Assembly: GCA_964370865.1 (NCBI GenBank)
Contig: CAYJKF010000001.1
Span: forward strand, 111,766 to 175,765
DNA: 64,000 nucleotides
From: an uncultured Candidatus Saccharibacteria bacterium
Lineage (GTDB): Bacteria; Patescibacteriota; WWE3; 2-01-FULL-39-13
Reading direction: 5' to 3'
The translations under genes were made by a program, and so were the position numbers. Of this stretch, positions 36,447 through 45,313 are shown piece by piece (the first letter of the stretch is position 1; every line of letters starts with the position of its first letter). The notes beneath the pieces were generated by a model, which worked only from the letters and a program-made list of their open reading frames with translations, had not been told where the DNA came from and did not search any database.

Positions 36447-38561
36447 ATGTTAGGAATATTTGGGAAGAAAAAACAAGAGAAACCAAAAACTAATATTCCA
36501 AGCGATATGGAACAACCCGAAAATGTATCGAAAGCACTCTTAAAGGGAATTCCAGGGGTAAAAGATATAATCGCACCAAGCGCAATTGAAGTTGATTATA
36601 ATCATATAAAAATTGGAGATAAATATTTCAGAACCCTATTCATTTCTGCATACCCAAGATTCTTAGGCGCAAACTGGCTAGAACCAATAATAAACTTCAA
36701 TCATACAATGAGCATTTCAATGTTTTATTATCCAGTAAATGCGAGAAATGTTTTAGATGATATGAGAAGAAAAATCGCAGAAATGGAAGCCTCCATAAAC
36801 ATTGCGCGCGACAAAGGTAAAGTTGTAGATCCTGGAATTCAAGTGGCTCTGGAAGATGCGAAATCGCTACAGGAACAACTAGTAAAAGGGATTGAAAGAT
36901 TTTTTCACTATTCGTTCTATGTAACGTTTTCAGCCGATTCCTTAGAGGAACTAAAGGACGTATCTTATCAAGTTGAATCAACATTAGGGTCAATGGGACT
37001 GATGTCGAAAAAAGCTTCCCTTGATATGGAAAATGCTTTTAAAAGCACCCTTCCTCTTTGTTTAGATAAACTAAAAATAATTCGAAACATGGATACTACT
37101 TCCGTGGCTACAACCTTTCCGTTTACATCCAGCGATTTAACGGCGAATGAAGGAATTTTATATGGTGTAAATAAACATAACAGATCATTGGTTATTTTTG
37201 ATCGATTTAGTCTTGAGAACTACAACACTGTAGTCTTTGCCAAATCAGGTTCTGGTAAATCATATCTAGTGAAACTTGAAGCACTGAGATATTTGCTATT
37301 TGGCGTGGATATTATCGCCATAGATCCCGAAACTGAATACAGAAGATTATGCGAAGCTGTTGGGGGAGACTATATAGACTTCAATATAAAAAGTCAATCT
37401 AAGATAAATCCTTTTGAATTACCAGTTGTCACTGATACAGAAGATCAGTTAAGTCTTAAAATTTTAAGCCTTCATGCTCTTTTTAAAATTATGTTAGGAG
37501 CACTCTCCCCTGCAGAATCATCTATTCTGGATAGAGCCTTGGTAGATGTATATAGACTAAAAGGCATTACACAGGATGCTGCCACACAGAAAAATGAGCC
37601 TCCTCTAATGGAAGATTTATATAAAGTTCTACTTGCCATGGATGAACCAGAGTCTAAAGCTATTTCCGAGAGACTCGAAAGATTTATAAAGGGCTCCTTA
37701 GCAGGTGTATTTGATCAACGTTCAAATATCAATTTAGATAATAACTTCACTGCATTTTCGATTCGAAACCTTGAGGATGTATTAAGGCCAATCGCAATGT
37801 TTATGATTTTGGATTTTATTTGGACAAAGGTTAAATATGATCTCAAAAAACGTATATTAATTTTGGATGAGGCCTGGACGTTAATGCAATATCCTGATTC
37901 GGCTGCATATGTTTATTCATTAGCGAAAAGAGCCCGAAAATATTTCTTAGGATTAACAACTATTACTCAAGATGTTGCCGACTTCTTAGGTTCAGATTAT
38001 GGAAAAGCTGTTTTAAATAACTCCTCAATTCAAATACTACTAAAACAACATCCAGCCGCAATCGATAAAGTTGCTGAAGTCTTTTACTTGTCAGCAGGAG
38101 AAAGAAATTTCTTGCTTTCAGCAGGTGTTGGCGAGGGATTATTCTTTGCTGGAACCAACCACGTGGCAATTCAATTCAAGGCTTCGAAACAAGAACATTT
38201 GTTAATTACTACAAATCCTCAGGAAGTTGCGAAAATCGATGCTGATAAAAGCTTTAATGATTCACTAAAAACCGTAGATGAAAAAAACCAAACTAATGCT
38301 CCTCAGCAAGTGGGGATAGCTAATAAATATCAAATTATTGAACAGATTCCGCAACAAACACCAGTAGAAACCAATAGTGAAGTTATTGATCCTTTCGATA
38401 AAATTAGTCCCGTCTCAACTTCAGATGAGACTAAACCTATAAGCAATGCCGGCATTACTCCAATGCCAAATCCCTACTCTGGAATAACTGGAGATGACAG
38501 TGAAAATTATAAATCTGGAACAATTATTCTAAACGAAAGAAATTCAAGACCTACGGCGTAA
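36447..38561 (+). CDS. virB4: VirB4-like T4SS ATPase
   Basis: Walker A 'AKSGSGKS', 'IDPETEY', 'INPF', Walker B 'ILDEAW', 'KRARKY', 'TQDV.DF'. Confidence 0.9.
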   Translation: MLGIFGKKKQEKPKTNIPSDMEQPENVSKALLKGIPGVKDIIAPSAIEVDYNHIKIGDKYFRTLFISAYPRFLGANWLEPIINFNHTMSISMFYYPVNARNVLDDMRRKIAEMEASINIARDKGKVVDPGIQVALEDAKSLQEQLVKGIERFFHYSFYVTFSADSLEELKDVSYQVESTLGSMGLMSKKASLDMENAFKSTLPLCLDKLKIIRNMDTTSVATTFPFTSSDLTANEGILYGVNKHNRSLVIFDRFSLENYNTVVFAKSGSGKSYLVKLEALRYLLFGVDIIAIDPETEYRRLCEAVGGDYIDFNIKSQSKINPFELPVVTDTEDQLSLKILSLHALFKIMLGALSPAESSILDRALVDVYRLKGITQDAATQKNEPPLMEDLYKVLLAMDEPESKAISERLERFIKGSLAGVFDQRSNINLDNNFTAFSIRNLEDVLRPIAMFMILDFIWTKVKYDLKKRILILDEAWTLMQYPDSAAYVYSLAKRARKYFLGLTTITQDVADFLGSDYGKAVLNNSSIQILLKQHPAAIDKVAEVFYLSAGERNFLLSAGVGEGLFFAGTNHVAIQFKASKQEHLLITTNPQEVAKIDADKSFNDSLKTVDEKNQTNAPQQVGIANKYQIIEQIPQQTPVETNSEVIDPFDKISPVSTSDETKPISNAGITPMPNPYSGITGDDSENYKSGTIILNERNSRPTA

Positions 38562-39042
38562 TATTAATATTTTCTCCTACTTTTAGTCCTAACTTCTGAA
38601 CTTGACCCGCGTTTAATTCTAAAACGAATCTAGCAGGACTTGTTGGTACAATGCTATGACATAAAGCATCTACTGTAGATTCACACGGTTTTGCATTTTC
38701 TTTTATAAAAACAACTTTTCCCTCCTCATTAATCCAAATAATATCAAGTGCTATTAGGGTGTTTTTCATCCAAAATGGATATATTGAGGTGGACTCAAAT
38801 ATAAAAAGCATTCCTGCCTTTTCATCCATTTCTTTAACATGCATTAGCCCTCTTTGCCGTTTATCGTCATCATCAACAATCCATATATTATAGTTTTGTT
38901 CATTGATGGATATAGATTTAGTTGGAAGGCCGGATAAATAGGTATCGTCGGGTTTAATTTTATTTATTTTAAAATAGGTTGTGGATAAATAGAAAACACA
39001 CGCCACAACAACGAGTGTACATGCAATATAAATTACGTTCAT
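38551..39042 (-). CDS. DUF192 family protein
   Basis: 'RGLM', 'GMLFIF', 'FWMKNT..ALDIIW', 'FVLELNAG'. Confidence 0.9.
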   Translation of the reverse strand: MNVIYIACTLVVVACVFYLSTTYFKINKIKPDDTYLSGLPTKSISINEQNYNIWIVDDDDKRQRGLMHVKEMDEKAGMLFIFESTSIYPFWMKNTLIALDIIWINEEGKVVFIKENAKPCESTVDALCHSIVPTSPARFVLELNAGQVQKLGLKVGENINITP

Positions 39043-39047
39043 TATTA

Positions 39048-39407
39048 CTATAATACCTGATTTGAAACTTCTTGGGATTCGATTGAAACAATTCCTTTTA
39101 GTGCTTTGAGGGCTTTTTCAATTTGTTCGTATTTGAGGTTGGTATTTCCTGTAAGTAAATCTACGTATATAAAGGAATGCTCTGGCCAAGTATGCAAAAC
39201 CAAACTAGACTCCGATAAAATGTATACTAAAGTTTCTCCTTGAATGGGATAAGCATAGTAGCATTTTTCAACAACACTTAATTGCGCTTCTTTTGAGATA
39301 GTATCGGCTAATAAATATAAGGCTTCCTTTGAATATTTATATTCCGAAGAAGTAGTGATTTTTATGACCGAATGATCAATTTTGATGTGTGTAGATGCTT
39401 TTTCCAT
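39048..39407 (-). CDS. speD: S-adenosylmethionine decarboxylase proenzyme-like protein
   Basis: 'GETLVYILSESSLVLHTWPEHSFIYVDLLT' with the ES self-cleavage site; start set at MEKAS. Confidence 0.8.
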   Translation of the reverse strand: MEKASTHIKIDHSVIKITTSSEYKYSKEALYLLADTISKEAQLSVVEKCYYAYPIQGETLVYILSESSLVLHTWPEHSFIYVDLLTGNTNLKYEQIEKALKALKGIVSIESQEVSNQVL

Positions 39408-40359
39408 TATATTGTCCTTTGACGAGTGGTTCTGTAGACGGAGTAACGTCGCAAACGTACAAATTACTTGAAGATCCAATACTTTCGGCTCCTTTATATA
39501 CATTAAACCTGTCGAGTGAATATCTTATCATAAGCCCACTGTCGGTTACAACCTTCTGGATTTTGAGGAATTTCTCCCTAGAAAGCTCACTATTACCGTA
39601 ACAGAAATAAATTCTTGAGGCTTTGTTATGAAAATCTAGTGCCTGAATTGCCCGGGAAAGAAATATCTTTATTCCCTCTTCTGTATAAGGTGGATCGGTA
39701 AAAACCACATCGAACTGACTTTTCAAATCTGTAGGAAAATTATCTTTAACGTCTCCTTTTATGATTTTAATTGGTAAGTTGAAACCAGCGGCATGTGTTT
39801 TTATAGAATTAATAACAAGATCATCTATTTCAAACACGCTAACTTGCTCGGCTTCATTCAATATACTTACAGCAACCGAAGTATAATCATCATCCCCAAG
39901 AAATAAAACTCGTTTACCCGACAAATCAAAATTCTTACTCATGTATAAAGCTCGTTTAGTAATAGTTTCGGAAGTTGCGGCAAATTGGTCGAACTCTCTT
40001 TTATCATGGACTTGAGACTTTTCCCTAATATCCTTTATTGTGTTATAGAGCTCTGTACTTTCAACATTTTCAATCTTTACGGACTGTCGGTTATCGGATA
40101 ATGTGGCTAAACTTTGCGCGACTTTTTTACCGTATTCGCTCAGCATAGTTTGAGGAACGATCTTCTCGAACATAGGACTTAATTCTTTTTTGATTAAAGT
40201 TAGACTTTGCAAAGATACGCCAGTTGATTGGATTACTTCTTTATTAACTAGACTACCTTGTTTAAAAAGCAGCACGAATAACTCCACAAGCTGGGAAAAA
40301 GGAATCCCAGATTTTTTAGAAAATCCTAATAAATCGGCGTTTACAAGTGGTTTTGCCAT
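39376..40359 (-). CDS. BpsA-family (bis-aminopropyl spermidine synthase / DUF43) aminopropyltransferase
   Basis: 'REFDQF.AT', 'DLSGKRVLFLGDDDYTS', 'FEID', 'FDVVFTDPPYT.EG...FLSRA', 'FNVY'. Confidence 0.8.
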   Translation of the reverse strand: MAKPLVNADLLGFSKKSGIPFSQLVELFVLLFKQGSLVNKEVIQSTGVSLQSLTLIKKELSPMFEKIVPQTMLSEYGKKVAQSLATLSDNRQSVKIENVESTELYNTIKDIREKSQVHDKREFDQFAATSETITKRALYMSKNFDLSGKRVLFLGDDDYTSVAVSILNEAEQVSVFEIDDLVINSIKTHAAGFNLPIKIIKGDVKDNFPTDLKSQFDVVFTDPPYTEEGIKIFLSRAIQALDFHNKASRIYFCYGNSELSREKFLKIQKVVTDSGLMIRYSLDRFNVYKGAESIGSSSNLYVCDVTPSTEPLVKGQYNGKSIYTHQN

Positions 40360-40426
40360 TAGGCTATTATAACGGTGCTAAGCCTGTTTGTCATATCGTT
40401 TGGATAATACGCTATAATTAGTAGGC

Positions 40427-41023
40427 ATGAATAACAAAAACATACCACTAATCTTAATACTTGGGTTAATAGTGTTAGTATCCGTTTTAATTGCTTGGAC
40501 AAATAGAGGAATCAAAGGAGATGTAACAATTCAGCCAGTCGAGAATTCCGTAAATCAATTTAACTCCACTCCAACTTCGGATAAAAATGTCGGGGAGGTT
40601 TTAAAATCAAATCCTGAATTTTCTAAATTCGTTGAGCTATTAGAATCACAAAATATGGTGTCCGCTTTAGAGGGTCTTGGACCATTTACTGTATTGGCTC
40701 CAACGAATCAGGCTTTTGATAATGTTAATCCATTAGCCTGGGCAGAACTTGTAAAAGATCAAGAAGACTTGGTCGCGGTAATCGGATATCACTTCTTACC
40801 ACAAATTGTGACGACAAGTACTATTAACTCTTTACCTGAACTAATAACGATTTCGAACAGGGAAATACAGGTAACTAATAATTTAGGTGGAAATTCTTTG
40901 CTAAACGGCGCAGAAATCGTAACTCCTAACCAACCTGCATCAAATGGAATCGTTCATGGAATCGATACGGTTCTTATACCACAAGATGAAGACGAAGAGG
41001 ATGTCGGCGAGCTTGAACTGTAA
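40427..41023 (+). CDS. Fasciclin domain protein
   Basis: 'GPFTVLAPTNQAF', 'YHF', 'ASNGIVHGIDTVLIP'. Confidence 0.92.
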   Translation: MNNKNIPLILILGLIVLVSVLIAWTNRGIKGDVTIQPVENSVNQFNSTPTSDKNVGEVLKSNPEFSKFVELLESQNMVSALEGLGPFTVLAPTNQAFDNVNPLAWAELVKDQEDLVAVIGYHFLPQIVTTSTINSLPELITISNREIQVTNNLGGNSLLNGAEIVTPNQPASNGIVHGIDTVLIPQDEDEEDVGELEL

Positions 41024-41038
41024 GAACTACTCGTTAAG

Positions 41039-42106
41039 TTAAAAACTTATAGCGTCTACAATTCTTCCCCAAAAGCTTTGAAGGCTTTCTAGCTCTTGCC
41101 CAGTTTCGGCATCATAAGTGATTAAGGTATCTATTCTCGTCTCGAAAAGACCTAATACGCTTTGTGCTTTTTCAGCAGTCAATTCATATGCGATTTTTCC
41201 GTCTTTTTCAACGATTTCAACGCTTGAGACCTCGATCGAATCATCCGACTCTGACACTTTGCTTAATATTGCGTCTGGTAAATATTGGAGAGATTTTTCC
41301 CCACTATCTGTTAAAAGCAATATATCTCCAGTCGCGTCATCTACAGTTAATGGCAATCTAACTCTAACTTTTTTGCCCCTGTGCTCCAATTCATATGTCT
41401 CATCATCTTCACTTCTAATTAATACATCGTCATCCTCAGGTTCTGATTCATCTTCTGTTTCGTCCTCTAACTCATCTTCTAGCTCATCATTATCACTCGT
41501 TCTGCCAATTACCCTAACATAATTATGATTCTCATCATATTTAACTTTCGTAATACTCTGGTCCTCGTTTTTAATCATGAGTCTAAATTCTTCTCCATCC
41601 TTTGATTTGTACTTAATTTCGGATACTTTACCACCATTCTCTGAAAACACTTTGGCTTGATACTCTTGTTCCGAGTTACCGTTTTCGTCTTTTGCTTTAT
41701 ACTCTTCGATAACTTTACCGTTTACTCCATAGGTTTTAGTCTCGATTTCCACTTTTCCGTTATCTTCAACCTTTTTCTTTGTAACAGTGCGGGTTCCATC
41801 TTGGTTTACTTTAGTAGTTCGAGTCTCTTTTTGCTCGTCATCATCTCTTTCATCTTCATCATTGTCATCATCTTCATCGTCATCATCTTCATCCCTACCA
41901 TTACGCTCACCTTCGTTTTCATCATCCTCATCTTCGTCATCGTCTTCCTCATCTTCCTCAGACTCATCCTCGTCACCAAGGACGTAGCCGAAAAAAGTAA
42001 AAGCCAAGGCTTTTGAGGGAAACATTGACCTGAATAAAATTGCCGGACTTAAAATAAGAGCAATTGAAATTACTAGGTAAAACACGAGATCTTTAAATTT
42101 CATCAT
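41039..42106 (-). CDS. Secreted protein with a long D/E-rich tract and a PepSY-like C-terminus
   Basis: Signal peptide, acidic low-complexity run, C-terminal 'VLGLFET...YDAETGQEL'. Confidence 0.65.
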   Translation of the reverse strand: MMKFKDLVFYLVISIALILSPAILFRSMFPSKALAFTFFGYVLGDEDESEEDEEDDDEDEDDENEGERNGRDEDDDDEDDDNDEDERDDDEQKETRTTKVNQDGTRTVTKKKVEDNGKVEIETKTYGVNGKVIEEYKAKDENGNSEQEYQAKVFSENGGKVSEIKYKSKDGEEFRLMIKNEDQSITKVKYDENHNYVRVIGRTSDNDELEDELEDETEDESEPEDDDVLIRSEDDETYELEHRGKKVRVRLPLTVDDATGDILLLTDSGEKSLQYLPDAILSKVSESDDSIEVSSVEIVEKDGKIAYELTAEKAQSVLGLFETRIDTLITYDAETGQELESLQSFWGRIVDAISF

Positions 42107-42233
42107 ATTTTTATACTATATGAACTGATTTCTATGTCAAATCAGTTTTTGGGTTTTCAAAATATTATTTATAGTTAGGAGTATTCCATATGTTTTTAAG
42201 AATAGCCGACCGAGGAATGCTATAATCGGTATC

Positions 42234-43019
42234 ATGGAAACCGATGATTGGAACATCAAGGTAGATCGAATTAAGAAAAAAATAATTGAGGCAGGAAATA
42301 TCGGATTACAACATTTTAGAAACCATCCAATAAACGCAATTGAGAAAACTACTTTCTATGAAATTGTCACTGAACAAGATATAGAAATGGAAGACATTAT
42401 AAAAAAAGAAATCTTAAAGAATTTTCCAAGTGCATTTATATTAGCCGAAGAATCTCCGACCTAAGTCGAAGGAAATTTTTGGACAGTCGATCCCCTAGAT
42501 GGCACGAGCTATTACCAAAGAGGATTATCAGACTGGTCTGTTAATGTGGCTTATATAAAAAACAAAGACGTCGTTTTAGCCATAACATACTGCCCAGTTA
42601 CTAAAGAGTTATTTTATTCTGAAAAAGGAAAAGGTGCTTATCTTAACGGAAAAAGAATTCATGTGTCTGATACTACTGAAATGAAAAAAGGATGCTTCTT
42701 CTTTGGATATAATTACCTTCGAAAGTTTAATAATTCTAAATCAATTAAATTTAGGTCTGGATTTCGTACCATCTGGAGTACAGGGTCAACTGCATTAGCA
42801 TTAGCAAACTTGGCAGCTGGAAGAGTTGATGTCGGAATTCAAATCAACCAATCTTTTTGGGATATAACTGGAATGCTTCATGTTACAGAAGCCGGAGGTC
42901 GCTTTACGAATTGGAAAAATGGGAAAAAATTCGAATACTCCGCTTCGCAGATAAACAATTTCTGTGCGACAAATGGAAAGCTCCATCCCTTAGTCATGGA
43001 TTCACTCGCGGAAAAATAA
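42234..43019 (+). pseudogene. suhB: Inositol monophosphatase (SuhB family) interrupted by one in-frame TAA
   Basis: Frame reads ILAEESPT*VEGNFWTVDPLDGT...; TAA at 42462-42464; 'WDITG..HVTEAGG' motif downstream. Confidence 0.8.
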
Positions 43020-43117
43020 CTCCATATGTGGTGGGCAGAACTGAATGAAGTGTCGAACTGAAAATAGGTTGGATCAATTCTAAAGAGCACCCAGAAATAT
43101 TTCTTAAAAACTTATAA

Positions 43118-43924
43118 TTATTTATCTTGAGTGAAATTCATCGTTCCAATAATTTTTTCGAGCTCATCTATTGAATTTTTGTTTTCTGTGTTATTCTCAA
43201 TGCTGAATACATAAAGTGTATTAAACAATTTCTCTTCGTGTATTAATAGATAATATCTTTTAATATTATCTGCATATTTAATATCCATAACCATTACGTC
43301 TTTTCCTTGTATTTTGAAAACTCTTTTTTGTGTGACTTCCCCATTTTCCATATCCACTAAAGGTTCTGGAGTACTGAATTCAAAACCATAGTCAGCTTTA
43401 TACGAATCTAATAATGAATACTCAGTGGTTGTTAACTGGAGAAATATCTCATTTTGTTTACTTTCATTAAATAAAAAATTCATCCCTTCCGCACCAGCAA
43501 TTCTTGCCGTCCAATCAGATGGATAAATCAAGCTATAGCCACTAACTTTATATCCATCTAAAGGTACTGTTACTTTATTTTTAAATTCATCGGCTTTTTC
43601 ATAACAATACATTTCGGGTTGCTGACAATTTAACATTCCACTTTTATCAATAGCATCATTAACAACCTCATTTGTAGATATAGTTACTACGTTTTCATCA
43701 ATTGTGTTTGTTTCAGCTTTATTGGGAACTATTAGCGAATTGCTACACGAGAGTTCTACTAACTTAGGTATAGTTATAAGACTTTGATATTTCATACCAA
43801 AATAAAAGCCGATAAAGGGCATTAAGATAAATATTATCAAAGCTAATGTCTTGGACAATGGAGTAACTTTTGTAAAATTATATTTTAAGTCTTTATGAAA
43901 ACTTTCGTCAGTACTATTAACCAT
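43118..43924 (-). CDS. Membrane-anchored hypothetical protein (PsbP-like ectodomain)
   Basis: 'VTPLSKTLA...PFIGFYFGMKY' TM, 'GYSLIYPSDW', C-terminal 'IIGTMNF'. Confidence 0.6.
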   Translation of the reverse strand: MVNSTDESFHKDLKYNFTKVTPLSKTLALIIFILMPFIGFYFGMKYQSLITIPKLVELSCSNSLIVPNKAETNTIDENVVTISTNEVVNDAIDKSGMLNCQQPEMYCYEKADEFKNKVTVPLDGYKVSGYSLIYPSDWTARIAGAEGMNFLFNESKQNEIFLQLTTTEYSLLDSYKADYGFEFSTPEPLVDMENGEVTQKRVFKIQGKDVMVMDIKYADNIKRYYLLIHEEKLFNTLYVFSIENNTENKNSIDELEKIIGTMNFTQDK

Positions 43925-43967
43925 TACTATAAATATAACCTACTTTATATTTAATGGTCAAAGAGCC

Positions 43968-44044
43968 TGGTGGGCGGACATGGACTCGAACCATGAACCT
44001 CCAAGGTATAAGCTTGATGCTCTAACCAGTTGAGCTATCCGCCC
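43968..44044 (-). tRNA. tRNA-Ile (anticodon UAU)
   Basis: GGGCGGATAGCTCAACTGGTTAGAGCA-TCAAG-CTTATAC-CTTGG-AGGTTCATGGTTCGAGTCCATGTCCGCCCA-CCA; A73 and C4-G69. Confidence 0.92.
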
Positions 44045-44182
44045 GTTGAAGGATTGATAGAGTGATTTGCTTGAAGGTATACCTTTAGCTCAACTTAGAC
44101 CAAGCACGAATATTTTAACACGAAGAAATGTCTAGTAGTATAAGGAAATCAAAAGGGCTAAGTGGAATTACTGCTCTAATTT

Positions 44183-45268
44183 CTACTCATCAATAGATGT
44201 AACAAATCGAGTTTTCCCTTCTTTGCTCTGGATAGTAATGGCACGGCTTTGCATAGAATCTAGAACCTGATTTATCCCAACATAGTTATCATATCTGGCT
44301 CCCGCCCAATCAGAAATATAATCCCAAGAAGTCGAACCAGGTTTTTTATAAATCGATGCAATCCCCAATTTTGGAAGATCGGTAATACTCTTTGAATAAA
44401 TTGCGTCGGATTTTAGATTTTGAATATTTCCTTCTGAAAATTCTTTCATCTGGTCTGAAAAAACCTTGGAATTAGATATTATTAAAAATTTAGAATCATC
44501 CATTGAAGCCGTGATAATTGTGTAGGCAGCGTATTTATTTTTAGGGTTCTCTTTATACTTATTAAAAGTAGCCACCCTATCGTTTACAAATTGTTCATCT
44601 TTATACTTAAGAACGATTCCCCATCTATCAAAATTATTATCAGGAAAGAGAAAAGCAAACTCTTTATCGAAGTAAACATCAAAATCGTCGTCGGAAATAT
44701 CAAAGTCTTTTTTTATCTCTTCCAACATTTGATCATGTCCTAAAATATTTTTAAGGAAATGCCTAAAATCAAAAAGCTCTGCGAGAACATTTATGTCAGC
44801 TCCGGCAAAATTGGCATAAGCTACTGTTTCAAAGTTACCTTCTTTCAAATCCATTTCTAAATCGATACTTCTTTCATCACCGACTATTTGAACTAGATTT
44901 AAATCTTCAGTGTTTAAGGCAGAATTAAGTGAAGGTTTTTTTAAATCATCTTTAACAGGAGTCATATACGAACGACCCATATAGAAAAAGTAGTAAGCAC
45001 CGAGTGCAGCAGTGGTCGCAAATAATAAAAATAAGAATATCGGAATTAGGAATTTTAATTTTTTGCGGGAAGATACACGATTGTCTTGGGGTTTATTTGT
45101 AATTAAATCAACATTCGAACCAACCATTTGTTCAAAGATGGATTTAACCTCTGTTTTAGGACTACCATCTAAATCATCTCGTTTCTCTAAATATCCGCAA
45201 TTATGACAAAAATCAGTCTTTTTAATGGCTTTACAACTAGGGCAATAATCGTGTACTCCAATTTCCAT
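44183..45268 (-). CDS. Zinc-ribbon + TM + extracellular domain protein
   Basis: CPSC...CHNC at the N-terminus, single TM. Confidence 0.65.
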   Translation of the reverse strand: MEIGVHDYCPSCKAIKKTDFCHNCGYLEKRDDLDGSPKTEVKSIFEQMVGSNVDLITNKPQDNRVSSRKKLKFLIPIFLFLLFATTAALGAYYFFYMGRSYMTPVKDDLKKPSLNSALNTEDLNLVQIVGDERSIDLEMDLKEGNFETVAYANFAGADINVLAELFDFRHFLKNILGHDQMLEEIKKDFDISDDDFDVYFDKEFAFLFPDNNFDRWGIVLKYKDEQFVNDRVATFNKYKENPKNKYAAYTIITASMDDSKFLIISNSKVFSDQMKEFSEGNIQNLKSDAIYSKSITDLPKLGIASIYKKPGSTSWDYISDWAGARYDNYVGINQVLDSMQSRAITIQSKEGKTRFVTSIDE

Positions 45269-45313
45269 ACCTGTATTCTTTATTAATAGGTGTAAAGTGT
45301 CAACCTTAGTGAG

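Noticed and set aside
34064-38561. ICE or conjugative element call for the VirB4 region
   Set aside because: No integrase, relaxase, coupling protein or att repeats in the window; flanked by housekeeping genes
41657-42016. Ser-rich and Ile/Phe-rich ORFs and the (TCA/TCT)n repeat-like DNA
   Set aside because: Reverse-strand reading of the Asp/Glu tract; coding low complexity, not a repeat array
42462-42464. Stop-codon reassignment as an explanation for the IMPase TAA
   Set aside because: TAA, TAG and TGA all terminate conserved genes normally in this window, and no other interrupted genes were seen
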